A DNA stretch of 50,652 bases. Source: Octopus bimaculoides. Taxonomy: Eukaryota. The notes under the pieces were generated by a model that worked only from the letters and a program-made list of their open reading frames with translations, searched no databases and was not told the DNA's origin. The DNA lies in the NCBI RefSeq assembly GCF_001194135.2, contig NC_068995.1, positions 27,732,471-27,783,122 on the forward strand, given 5' to 3'. Shown in pieces: positions 36,426 through 48,900 of this stretch; position 1 is the stretch's first letter; each line of letters starts with the position of its first letter. Both the position numbers and the translations under genes were made by a program.

Positions 36426-37760
36426 CAGTGGTTCCCAAATGGTGCAGCATGCCTCATAGGTGAGGCAGAATGATTGAAAGACAATCAAAGATTTAGAAAC
36501 AGTTTCAAAAAATTCATATGTCAAAAAAAAAACATGATTTCAAAGTTTTAAGAATATTATTATGGATTATTTGTAATTGCATGCATGAGTCCCAGTAAAT
36601 AATTATAGTCTGATTTTATCATTGTGATACTTTTGCATGTTATCAAGTATTAAGTATATATTAACTAAAGATCTGTAGATTGGAGGAGAGAGTTATCAAT
36701 GATAATGTTCCAACTTCAAATCTGCGGTTATCTTCTTTTAACCCTCTCACTAGGCATTCTTTGGCATAGGGCTGCTTGCACCTTTTCACCAGGACTGAGT
36801 GTCTCCATTTCCAACATTATAGCCATTAGAAATAAAAGGCTAAACACAGGGTCATGTATCTTATACCTTTCAGATCATGGATAGATATTTTTTTTAAAAA
36901 AAGAGCGGAAACATCAAGAATGATCAGATTCCATTTGGCAATCCAGAATCATTGGATAAAGAGGGTATTGAAGAAGACTTGCCAATTGCTGCAACAGAAG
37001 CAGGTTCAAGCAAGCCTCGAAAAAAGAAAGTTTGCTGACTGTATGTGGATAGTTATTTGAGTCTTGGTTTTTCACGGACTGGAGATAAAAATGCACATCA
37101 ACCTATGTATTTGAACTGTGGCGAAAAGCTTTTCAATTCTAATATAATCCCAAGCATGAAGAAAATACATCTGTTGTCAAAACATGAAAATTTGGCAGGC
37201 AAGGATGTTCAGTACTTTGAAAGGCTTTTGGAACAGCAGAAATTTCAGTGATCATATTTCGAAACATGACAGTTTCAGACAAAATGCAGATTGTTTTGTA
37301 CAGAATTGATTGCTCAACAAACAAAACCTCATTTAATAGCCAAAAAATTAATTCAGCCTGCTAGCTGCTTGATTCTGAAAACTGTTAGGTGATGATGCTG
37401 AGCAAGAAGTTATGAAAATTCCTATGTCTGATAATACAATTTGCAGAAGTATAGTTGATATATCAGCTAATATTGGGAACTGTGTTTCTGAAAGTATTAA
37501 GAATTCTAAATATGCCAATTCAAGTTGATGAATCTATCAACATTAATGGAAAGGCACAGTTACTTGCTTATATCAGATCCATTCACAATACCGAAATAAG
37601 AATACAGTTTTTATTTTGCAAGGAACTTGCAGAATGTATGAAGGGAGAAGATATTTTTCAAGCCCTGTGTGAGTATTTTGAAAAGGTTGAGATTTCATGG
37701 AATTCTTGTATTGGAATTTGCATGGATGGAGCCCCAAGTATGATAGGAAGTGTGAGAGGC
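36426..37760 (+). mobile_element. hAT (Charlie/ZBED5-like) transposon 5' part, decayed
   Basis: CAGTGGTTCCCAA terminus; YLSLGFSRTGDKN...CGEKLFNS...HLLSKH BED region; QVDESININGKAQLLAYIR, FLFCKEL, CIGICMDGAPSMIGS. Confidence 0.88.
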
Positions 37761-37855
37761 AATCATTGGAAAGATAAATCTCTTTCTATTGTAATTTAAT
37801 TGTAGCATTTGTTTCATCTTGTCCATGTGAAATTTTTACAAATGGTAATAACATG

Positions 37856-38113
37856 AAATATTTTCATGATTTGAAGATTAAAATGTGTTTTCTTATTTGT
37901 AATATTTTAACTGTATAGATTTTAATCTCTGTTCTGTTTTTATTTTGTTCTATTTGGGATGTCATATTTTTGTGGTATTTCTATAAATGGTCGCAATAAG
38001 CAAAATATTTTCAGGATTTTGTGATTGAAATGTATTTTTTTGTGTAGATTTTACTGTAATCTTTATTTTTATTTTGTTCTGTTTGGGATGTCATGTTCAT
38101 GTGGGATTTTTAC
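37856..38113. repeat. Imperfect tandem duplication, period about 130-145 bp
   Basis: tttttattttgttctatttgggatgtcat versus tttttattttgttctgtttgggatgtcat; aaatattttcatgattt versus aaatattttcaggattt. Confidence 0.7.
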
Positions 38114-38140
38114 AGTGTAATTATGCATTAAAATGTTATA

Positions 38141-39389
38141 CTGTATTTCTCACAATAACTTTCCTATTGTAGAGTTTAGTTTTTCCTTTGTCTAGGACAA
38201 AAAAAAAAGTACTGTATAAGTCTATATCCAATACTACCAAAATCTTCATATACTGTACCAGCTGTAGCCCCGTCCACTTGCATGAACTGAGACACTATTG
38301 GCCAAGAACCTTCCTGAAGAATCACATGAAAATATAAAAAATCACTGCTGGGCCGAACAGNNNNNNNNNNNNNNNNNNNNNNNNNNNNNNNNNNNNNNNN
38401 NNNNNNNNNNNNNNNNNNNNNNNNNNNNNNNNNNNNNNNNNNNNNNNNNNNNNNNNNNNNNNNNNNNNNNNNNNNNNNNNNNNNNNNNNNNNNNNNNNNN
38501 NNNNNNNNNNNNNNNNNNNNNNNNNNNNNNNNNNNNNNNNNNNNNNNNNNNNNNNNNNNNNNNNNNNNNNNNNNNNNNNNNNNNNNNNNNNNNNNNNNNN
38601 NNNNNNNNNNNNNNNNNNNNNNNNNNNNNNNNNNNNNNNNNNNNNNNNNNNNNNNNNNNNNNNNNNNNNNNNNNNNNNNNNNNNNNNNNNNNNNNNNNNN
38701 NNNNNNNNNNNNNNNNNNNNNNNNNNNNNNNNNNNNNNNNNNNNNNNNNCTGATTCATTGCAATTGATCAATGAAATGATAGTGTAATATGTTCAGAGAT
38801 ACTGAAAAAATCAATTTTTATACTGAGGGTTGTTTGTTGCTGGTACAAAAATATGCTTTCCGTCATGCATATTAAAACAAGACAATCAAATTTGAAAAGT
38901 TTCTTGGTTGTTGTTGTTGTTGCTGGTGGTGCTGGTGCATCCCTCCTATCCCCTCTTCTGAATCTTTCCCTGTCTTGGTGTAGTTTCAGTATTACAGTGG
39001 GCGCGTAACAGTAGGTGTAAACTTTGAGAGTAAACTCAACATATCATGTCTCTGTACTGACATTACTGAAATTTGTAAGGTAGATGACTGCTGCCTTTTG
39101 TTAGTTTTACAGACGTGAGCGTAGGGTTACAATGGGCGACAGTCATGGTTAGCCAACGTAAGGAATGATGCAAATAAGTGTTGACAAACAGCCAAAATAA
39201 ATGCTACAAAGATTTTTAGTGGCGTGCTGGATGTTACAGTTGTGCTTTTTTTCATTGCATCTGTAAAGCTAACAAGGCCCAAAATGCCAGGCCCTTATTT
39301 TTATGTTTATTATTTTATTTTCTAATTTTGGTTATCAAAATTAGGGTTTGTCCTCGAGGACAAAGCATCTTCAATGCCGGGAAATACAG
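38141..39389. mobile_element. Probable pogo-type MITE spanning a gap
   Basis: Right end tcaatgccgggaaatacag|TA; candidate left end TA|ctgtatttctcacaataa; left boundary uncertain. Confidence 0.45.
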
Positions 39390-39768
39390 TAAGTAATTTT
39401 ATTAGTGTTTAAGGTGTAAAAAAAAAAAAAAAGAGTTGTAATATATAAAAACACTGCAATATACAAATTAGCACCCTTATCTACTTGAAAATTTGAATCC
39501 CAGATTTCCTACCAAATTTCAGAATAATATAGAAAAAGTATTCTTAAAAAATTATATTAGTTTACTTTTGTCATTAATATTTATGTATATGAACTGCATT
39601 ATTACATGTGTCAATAGGCCGAACCTAGTTGAGGTTTGGAGATGTGATGAATTGATTTCATTAATTTTGTCCACTGTACAGTAAAAATTTAAAAATTTTG
39701 TCTTTATGTCTGTGTGATAAAGTTTTACTTCACCCTGGCTAAAATAAAATACTCTTGTTTTATTGTAG

Positions 39769-39831
39769 GAGTTTTTTGTTTCTCGTATTCATGGTCTGCT
39801 GACTGATTTTATTGTTCACATGCCACTCAAG
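39769..39831 (+). CDS. NUP205: NUP205 internal coding exon (63 nt, phase 0 to 0); absent from ORF track
   Basis: tttattgtAG|GAG TTT...CTC AAG|GTaaaa; EFFVSRIHGLLTDFIVHMPLK matches human EFYIRRVHNLITDFLALMPMK. Confidence 0.95.
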
Positions 39832-40740
39832 GTAAAAATTCATATTTCACATCTTACTTTTATTTTGTGTGCTTTGTATATGATAGTTGTATCCTGGTTG
39901 TCAGGCTTAACAGAAAGGAAGACCTTAATTAAGAGGCAAATTCTGTGTATGTTTGTGTGTAATGTTTAATACAAAGACTGTGGTTTTCAGCAATTGTAGT
40001 GGAAACAGTACCTTGGGAATGTAAAATGTTTTGATAAGAGTACTCTTAAAAACTTCCCCTTTTGCTTAAAATAAGTTATATATTTCTGAGTTTTGGAATA
40101 CTTGAGCAGAAAAATTTTGTATTTCATTATATGTGAAAAATATTTTTGAAAATTTATGAATTTTTTTCAACCACTCTCCTGTCCCACATAGTTCTGATTT
40201 GTGCCAATGTGTTTTGCACTATGAATTTAAAATTAGGGGAGAAGGCTTGAAGGTTTATATATATATATAAAAAAGAATGGGCAATTACAATCCCCACTGC
40301 CTTTATTTTCAAACAGAGAATGAAATGTAATTTAAGAACTATAGTGGAATCTTCAAAACTTTTTTCATTAAGCTGGAGCCCTCCCCATAAATTTTAAAAT
40401 TTCTTTTTTTTTTTAAATTCTTTTTTTAATCTAAGTTTTAAAATATGGACTGTGGATCTGTAATTGGTTTCTGTTTGTTATTTCAAAATAAGGTAATTTA
40501 AGGGAGATTTAGCAGTTGTTTCTAGCACATCCCTTGACCATCTAGAACCTTCCTAGTTTTTTTGTTACTCTGACATGTATTGATGGTGCTAAAATTTTTT
40601 TTTACCCCCCATAAACACATTTTATGGAATGATGATGCAGTGGTCCATTGCTGGAATTTAAGAAACATCACCAGCAACAACAAAATTTGCTATTTAAATC
40701 TTTAACCCACCCGCATCAAGCAAACCTCTGTTTGTTTGTT

Positions 40741-40791
<51 letters not shown>

Positions 40792-40959
40792 AAAAAAAGA
40801 AACATATTTACTAACAGAAAAGTATATTAAATTAAATTGTCTTCTACATACCCTTTTTTAAAACTCTAGCAATTAGATTATTTTGTCAGCTATAATGCTT
40901 ATTGATTCACATTGTTCTGAATTTATCATTCATTATCTTGTAGCTTGAAGATTTTGATT

Positions 40960-42925
40960 GTGTGACAGTAGGTGTTCTTTTTATATGTCACTGGCACAGG
41001 CACCAGTTATGCACACTGGTATCAGCCATGATTAAGAACTCACTTGACTTGACAGGTCTCCTCAAGTTTTTATCTGGTGTTTATATGGTGTCTAGTGTTT
41101 ATATGGTGCTTTTTATGTGCCAGCTGTGCGACTCTGGCATCAGCCACAATTACGATTTCACTTAGCTTGACAAGTCTTTTCAAGCATGGCATATTGCCAA
41201 GGGTCTTGGTCACGTGTCATTGCCTCCATGAGGCCCAACGTTTAAAGATCAGGTTTCACCACCTCATCCTGTGCCTTCTTGGGTCTACCTCTTCCACAGG
41301 TTCCCTCTACTGTTAGAGTTTAGCACTTCTTCACACAGCTGTCCTTGTCCATATACATCACATGACCATACCAGCATGATTGTTTCTCTTGCACACCACA
41401 TCTGATGCCTCTTATGCCCAACTTTTTTCTCAAGAAACTTTCACTCTGTTGTGCCTGCAGACTGACATTACACGTCCAGCGAAATATACTAACTTTATTT
41501 CTTTCAAGCCTACGCATGTCCTCACTGTTCACAGCCCATGTTTCACTGCTGTATAGCATGGCTATTCATATTCAGGCATCATACAATTTACCTTTGTTTC
41601 CAACAGAGGTGGGAGGTCTCTGAACTTTTCCCAGCCTCTTCTTATTCTAGCAGCTATGCTCTCTGAGCATACATCTTCCGCTACTCACTTGGTCACCTAG
41701 GTAAGGAAAGCTATGAACCACTTCTGGTTTTTCCCCCTGGCATTTAAAGAAGTCTACATTTTTAGTGTTTATTGTACCTGTGCACCTTACACAAAATCAT
41801 TTTCCCTGTTAACCTTCCTCTGATATTGCTGCACCTCTTATGTATCTATGGCTTACTCTGGGTACATCTTATGGAGTTTCTACTTACACCTTTCCTACAG
41901 ATCTAGCAGGACCATCTACATGAAGGGATTTGTGATTTGTCTGCTTTCCTACTCACTAAGACTTTAGTTTTTGCTAAATTACCTCTAAGTCCCTTTGATT
42001 TTAGACCTTGCTTCCACATCTGAAATTTCTTCTCTAGTTCTGGTAGTGATTCAGCTATAAATACAAAGTCATCAGCATAGATGAGTTCCCAGGAACAGCT
42101 GGTCTTAAATTCCTGTTATTGCTTTGCAGACTATGATAAACAAGAGGAGGCTGAGGACTGATCCTTAGTGAATCCCTAAATTCATTGCTATACTCATTGT
42201 TAATCTTCACCTTAATGATAGCATCCCTGTACATAGCTTGTACAGCTCTCACCAACTACTCATCCATTCCTAGCTTCTGCACTGAACACCAGATAAGGGA
42301 GCAGGGGACTCTGTCAAAGGTTTTCTCCATGTTGACAAAAGCCAGGTACATGGGCTTATTTTTAGCTAGATATTTCACCTGCAGTTGCCTAACCAGGAAT
42401 ATAGCATCAGTCATGTTCCTGCCTGGCACAAATCCAAGCTGCATCTCATGTATGCTAACTCTCATTCTAATTAGTTGAGCTATGACCCTTTCTGTGACTT
42501 TTATCACCTGGTCCAACAATTGACACCTCTATAATTATTCTTGCCAAAGGCGTCCTTTGCTTTTGTAGCGGTTGACTATAAGGCTGCTACACCAGTTTTT
42601 GGGTATTACTCCCTTATGGACAACCCGATTAACTATACAGGTACCTAGGCTATATTCTAGTCTGTGAGATATTTTAAGCATCTCAGCGGTGATTCCTGAT
42701 GGGTTGGGGGCTTTCCCTGTCTTCTTATTCTTGACTGCATTATCTACCAAGTTACTGTTGATTCAGATAGCTGGTCCCTTGGTTGGGTCAACATTTGGCA
42801 GACTCTTCTCTCATTCATTCTCTAAATTTAGCAGACTTTCATATTGGCATTTCTAAGCCTCTTTCTTTGCAGAATCATTAAATGCAAGTGAACCATCATC
42901 CATGCGGACACAGGTACTTAAATAA
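40960..42925 (-). mobile_element. RTE-clade LINE, about 2 kb (RT plus 3' UTR), decayed
   Basis: KTGKAPNPSGITAEMLK, MQLGFVPGRNMTDAIFLVRQLQ, AFVNMEKTFDRVP, LYSSETWAV, WYGHVM. Confidence 0.9.
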
Positions 42926-43175
42926 GTAAAGCATCAAGGTCAGGTTGGTGAGAGCGCTATCATGTACAAACAGTATTTAAAGACAAATATGTACTTATTA
43001 AAGTAAACACGGATTTGTACTCTGGTTGTGCATACATTAACAAATGGCTGACTGAATGCACGAGTCATCAAGGTCACACATGGATGCACTCGCTGCTTCT
43101 ATTGCACTGCAGTCTATAGACTATAGATGCAAATGAATTGCAGGTCCCAAGGTAGATGAAGGATAAATAAATGCA

Positions 43176-43384
43176 AACAGATGGATTGTGGTTCACTACA
43201 GCTGTTTCAGATGTGTTTTTATTGATGAAGAGGGGTGTTACATCAAGAAAAATGCATTTTCATCAAAATGTTTAATTCTTACCTGTATTCATGTGATGAA
43301 TTCTTTTTTTGCATGATGTAACACTTCTGTTCATCAAGAAAAAACGTATCTGAAACAGGTGTAGTGAACCACAATCCATCTGTT
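43176..43384. repeat. 209-bp imperfect hairpin with arms of about 80 bp (fold-back or MITE-like)
   Basis: aacagatggattgtggttcactacagctgtttcagat... pairs with ...atctgaaacaggtgtagtgaaccacaatccatctgtt. Confidence 0.9.
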
Positions 43385-43968
43385 ATTTGTGTATGTATAT
43401 GATAATGCTAATAATAATAATAATAATGATGATAATAATAGTATCAATGTTTCTAGTACCAGTTATGGTAATAGAGTTTCTGATACCAATCAATGAAATA
43501 GTGCACTTAGTCTTTTCCAGGAATCTGGAATATCTATGATCTCATTTACTAATCCATACATTAATGGTACAAAATGACATTGATAATAATGAATATGCTG
43601 GGATTGGACTGGAGAGAACTGCCCTAAACCCCAGCACTTGCTCAAATCACACAACATTCAATTCACATAGCTGCAAATCTATGAATAAATGTCCGTTGCA
43701 AACTCACTGCAGAAGGTTTAACTTCACAATTCCATTAGGTACTATATGATTTTATGATTAATTTAATGCCATGATATTTGATGCCTCTAAATTTGTTCAA
43801 GTTTGAAGTACATAGCAAATCAACTTCTCTAGCTCACCATGTGCATTACCTTAAGATAATGAAGATACCTTATAGCATAACATAGTCCATCATAAACTCT
43901 GGTTCTCCATATCAGGGCCAGCATGCTCCATGTTGGTTATGTCTGAAGGAATCCCTATATATCTTGTT

Positions 43969-44230
43969 ACATAACCCTACACAGTTATTAAATAAACAGC
44001 ACAAAGCCTTCTCCATGTGTATACACAAATGCTTTAGGTCCTTCAAATTCTTCTACATGTTGAAGTGTAAGAAAGCTAACACTTTGGATTATCACTAACA
44101 TCTAGCTTAGGCACACTCCCTATTTGGTACACCCACATACATAACCCTACATGGATACTAAATAAACTGCACGAAGCCTTCTCTACATGTGTACAGAGAT
44201 TCCTTAGGTCCTTCAAGTTTTTCCACAGGT
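43969..44230. repeat. Diverged 92-bp direct repeat at 170-bp spacing
   Basis: acataaccctac...taaataaacagcacaaagccttctc...ttaggtccttcaa versus acataaccctac...taaataaactgcacgaagccttctc...ttaggtccttcaa. Confidence 0.8.
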
Positions 44231-44590
44231 CTCAATGGGAATATATCTTCATTAACACTATAGATACTCAAATCTTAATTTTAACTTTTAACTTTATTTT
44301 TATATTTTATGCTTACTTTTTATCATTTTTATTTTTCATATTTATAATATAAATTTTTAACTTTAGTTTTTGAATAAGTCTGACAATTCATTGCCTTCAC
44401 CAACACTTTATTTACATAGATTGACGCAATGATAAAAAGTGTCTTCAATATACCTGAAATGTGAAGGAAAAGATGATGGATAATGAAATAAATAATATAT
44501 GGTGAATCGAATTGAATGTAACATAATAAATGATAATATGTGTGTTTAGTTATAATCCTCTATGCCCCTCCCTAAGTCTTTGGAGGGAAG

Positions 44591-45391
44591 CATTGGGGTT
44601 ATATTTCAAATGTCTTCGTTTTGGCGCACCAAATACCGGAAATAATTCTGCAGAAAATATTTCTCTGCAGTGAATTTTTGCCGGTTAGAGAACATAGTTA
44701 TTTAAATTTAAATAGTAAGGGTTGACAAATTGAATATTAATTTGATTAATATCAATTTAAAACCAGTGGCCTTGCAAATTGAAAAATCTGAAGATTCAGA
44801 AAAAATTATATTACATACATATAAGAAGGATGACCCTTTTGCTAGATGAAGACCAACTATGGTCTGACCACTAAGAAGAATGTTCTTAAGAAAATTCAGC
44901 AAACACCAGAACGTAAGCGAGCAAGACAAATGAAAAGATACAAAATATAAAGAATTAATCATAGACCGGTTTTGTTGTTAACTAATTGCTTATGTAACTG
45001 TCTGCAACCCTTCAATATGATCGTTCTTTTCAATATAATTTGAAGACCTATACAGGAGATGTCCGCATGAAATTGAACATGTATATAGTTCTACTGAATA
45101 CATTGGGGTTATATTTCAAATGTCTTCGTTTTGGCACGCCAAATACCGGAAATAATTCTGCAGAAAATAATTCTCTGCAGTGAATTTTGCTGGTTAGAGA
45201 ACATATTTAAATAATAAGGGTGACAAATTGAATATTAATTTGATTAATATCAATTTATGTATGTAATATAATTTTGTATGTAATATAATTTTTTCTGAAT
45301 CTTCAGATTTTTCAGTTTGCTAGGCCACTGGTTTTAAATTGATATTAATCAAATTAGTATTCAATTTGTCACCCTTATTATTTAAATTTAT
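44591..45391. repeat. Direct duplication (44591 and 45101) followed by a fold-back inverted copy
   Basis: cattggggttatatttcaaatgtcttcgttttggc twice at 510-bp spacing; 45258-45391 is the reverse complement of about 44702-44820; related short copy at about 23715-23772. Confidence 0.9.
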
Positions 45392-45705
45392 ATATCATCA
45401 TCATCATATATTTTTTTTCATTAATTCATTTGGTTCTCATTGTGCCTTGTAGCACTTGAGGTGACAACAAGATCATTCCACCTTCTAACACTGAAAGCTT
45501 GTTCCATTGTTAACCTTCTGCTTTTAAGATCTTTTGTTATTGATCTTTACCATGTTTCCTTTGTTCAGCCATGTTTTCTTTTACCTTGTGGAACCTATTG
45601 CAAGGCGATCCTGACAATTGAGTTTGGTTTATACCGATAAACTAAACCCATCCATTTCCATCTTGCTTCAGTAGTTTCTCTTATTGGTTTCATGTTAGCC
45701 TTGGT

Positions 45706-45738
<33 letters not shown>

Positions 45739-45758
45739 CACGCAGGCACGCACGTGTA

Positions 45759-45960
45759 TAGTGCAAACATGGCTCTGTGGTAAGAAGCTGGCTTCCCAAG
45801 CACATAGTCCTGGCCTCAGTCTTACTGTGTTGCACATTGAGCAAGTGTCTTTTGTTATAGCCTTGGGTCGACCAAAGCCTTGTGAGTGGATTTGGTAGAC
45901 AGAAACTGTAAGAAGCCTGTCGTATGTATGTGTATATATATATATGTGTGTGTGCGTGTG
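45759..45960 (+). mobile_element. Octopus-type tRNA-derived SINE with TA/TG tail
   Basis: atggctctgtggtaagaagctggcttccc...gagcaagtgtct...accaaagccttgtgagtggatttggtagacagaaactg. Confidence 0.85.
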
Positions 45961-48900
45961 TATTGTGGAAGGATTCTGACGAACCCTCAAGTGACTAAAA
46001 GGTGAACTGACTCCTTGTTATAAAATAAAGAATTGCGAACAATTGGCAGTTCAGGTTGGTAAGCAGTTCACTGTGAGCCATTGATATAGAGTGTTGAGTT
46101 TTGTGTAATAGTAATAGTAGTGCATCTACTTTTTCTATCCCTTGCTTCATTAAATTATATATCCAACACCAGGATATAAAAATGGTGAGGAGTTGTTCGA
46201 AGCTTGCATTGGACAAAACCAAAGAATAAGTCATTTTAACATGAAAGACTTATTGACTTCGGTAGTGCTGTTGCAACAGCAACAACAAAACCAACAGTTG
46301 CTGGAACTAATGTTGAAGTCTGAAAATACTTCAGGTGCATACTTGCTAGACACTGTAGCAAATTCAATTGACGAATTCAGCTATATTCCAGAAGAAGGGA
46401 TTACCTTCTCTGCATATTTTCGAAGATACAAAGAAATCTTCAAAAAAGAATGTAAAAGATGGTCTGATGAGAAAAACAGTGCGACTCCTTTCAAAAAAGT
46501 TATCCCTGCCGAACACGTAAAATATAGTAATTATATTTTGCAGAAGAAGCCAGGTGATATTTGTTTTGAAATAATTTTTTATCCAAATTCTTTAAGTGAA
46601 AGAAGTTCCCTGTTCAATACTTGCTGGCAATATTTAAATTTGGTCAAAAAAGATGATGAAGATTTTGTCACCTATGACGGAATGGTCTACATTTTAAAAG
46701 CAACTGTCTGTTTAAAAATATAAAATGCTACAAGTCTGGTAAGATAGGCCATAAAAAAATCACACTGTAAAACAAAACCGAAAAAATGGCTTGACTGAAA
46801 AAAATCATTTAAATAGTTTATCTGTGAGAAAAAAAAATATGAACCAGTCTCAAAGAAAATTTGTGTATGTAAAAATTAATAACAGAAATATAAATTTACA
46901 GTTAGATACAGGCACTGATATATCAATAAGTAACACAAATACATGGAAAAAAATTTGGAGACCTAGATTAAATAAAATTTCGAAAATTGGAAAATAGTTA
47001 TATTTTAAGGACGAATTGAATGAGTTGACCCCAGACATGTTCAAGTGTTTAATTTTTGTTCAAGTGCTTACTGCAAGCAAAGACACAGATATACGTTTCC
47101 AGATATTTACAAAATTAGAACAGAACCTAAAATCAACTCAACGAGCAGTAACAGAAGAATGTCAGAGGATTATAAATCTACAGCATGACGCAAATAAAAT
47201 TCAGGAGAAAGATTGCTTGTATGTTCAAATATATCGACTGGTAATGAATAAGAAAAAGAGAAAAAAAATGTCAAGACCAAATCCATGTTATGGGTGTGGT
47301 GGTCTACATTTTAAAAGTAACTGTCCGTTTAAAAATATAAAGTGCTTCAAGTGTGCTAAGATAGGCCAAAAAAAAAAAAAAAAAATCACACTGAAACAAA
47401 ACCTAGAAAAACAGTGCAACTGAAAAAAATCATGTAAACAGGTTATCAGTGACAAAAAATACAAACCAGTCTCAAAGAAAATTTGTAAAAATTAATAACA
47501 CCAATGTAAAGTTACAATTGGATACAGTCACCTATATGTAAGTAATTAACACAAATACATGGAAAAAAATCAGGAGACCTAAATTGAATGGAACTTTAAA
47601 AATTGCCCGTGGTGTTTCAGGAAAACAATTATATTTTAAGGGTGAATTGATAAGTAACATTACGTTTCATGAAAAAGCCTTAAGAGCTAAAGTTTTTGTC
47701 TTAAATGATACCACAAGTTTAATCAGAATGGACTAGATCCAATTATTTAATTTATGGGACCTCCCCATAAATATTTCCTGTAAAAATGTGAATGGTTGTT
47801 CTACCAGGACAAATAACTTGTTAGAAGAATTGAAAAGAGTTTTTAAAATATTTTTCCTGAAGTTCTGTCTGGTAAATTAGGTCTGTGCTCTAAAACGAAG
47901 GCAAACTTTCAAATAAAAGAAAATGCCATACTGACATTTAAACATTTGCAGTGTTAGAACAGATAAACTTAGAATTAATGAATGTCTTAGAACATGCCAC
48001 TATCCATTAACTACTCTGGAGGATATTTTTGTGAAATTAAACAGTGGCAAAATATTTTCTAAATTGAATTTCTCTGACACATACCTACAAATTAGAGTAG
48101 ATGATGACTACTCTAAATACCTAACAATTAACAGACACAAAGGAATGTATAAATAGAACATGTTACCATTTGGCTTAAAAGTTGCCCTAGCAATTTTTCT
48201 AACAGATTATAGATGCAATTTTAGTAGACTGTGAATTTGCAATTCCATATCTGGATGATATACTTGTTGAAAGCGAATCCCAGGACCAACATGTATAGCA
48301 CGTAAAATATGTATTCGAAAAAATTAGGGATTACGGTTTTACATTGAGTGAAGAAAAATGTGAATTTTTCTTACTGAAAATAAGATGTTTAGGACAAATC
48401 ATTGACAGAAATGGACATGGGTAGACGCAATTAAAAATATAACCCCTCCGACAAATATAATTACCTTACAAGCATTTTTAGAACGAGCAAATTATTACCA
48501 AAATTATATTCCAAACATGCATAAGGTAAGGGTTCCATTGAATAATCTGCTGAAAAAAGATATGAAGTGGAATTGGTTGGAAAATTGTCAAAAGATGTTT
48601 GATGAAATTTTTAAAAATGTTAATATCCAATTTTTGTCACGATACTTCTATCCTGCAGCGGAGATTGTTGTAGCTTCAGATACTTCTGAGTGCAGTATAA
48701 GAGCAGTAATGGTACATAAATATAAAGATGGTAACATGAAGGTAGTGGTTCATGTCTCATGTGTCTTGATATCAGCAGGCAAAAATCATAGTGAAATCGA
48801 AAAAGAAGTTCTCGTCATTATTTTTGCTGTAGAAAATTTCTCAGACTTTTCACACGGTAAATGTTTTCATCTACAGACTGATCATCATCTGATATCAATA

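Noticed and set aside
43640-43930. Kinase-like fragments on the minus strand (YAIRYLHYLKVMH; NLEASNIM)
   Set aside because: Motifs are in different frames with no HRD/DFG order; insufficient support
44461-44490. gtgaaggaa... as the next NUP205 exon (VKE...)
   Set aside because: No AG acceptor and no continued Nup205 similarity; the next exon probably lies beyond the window
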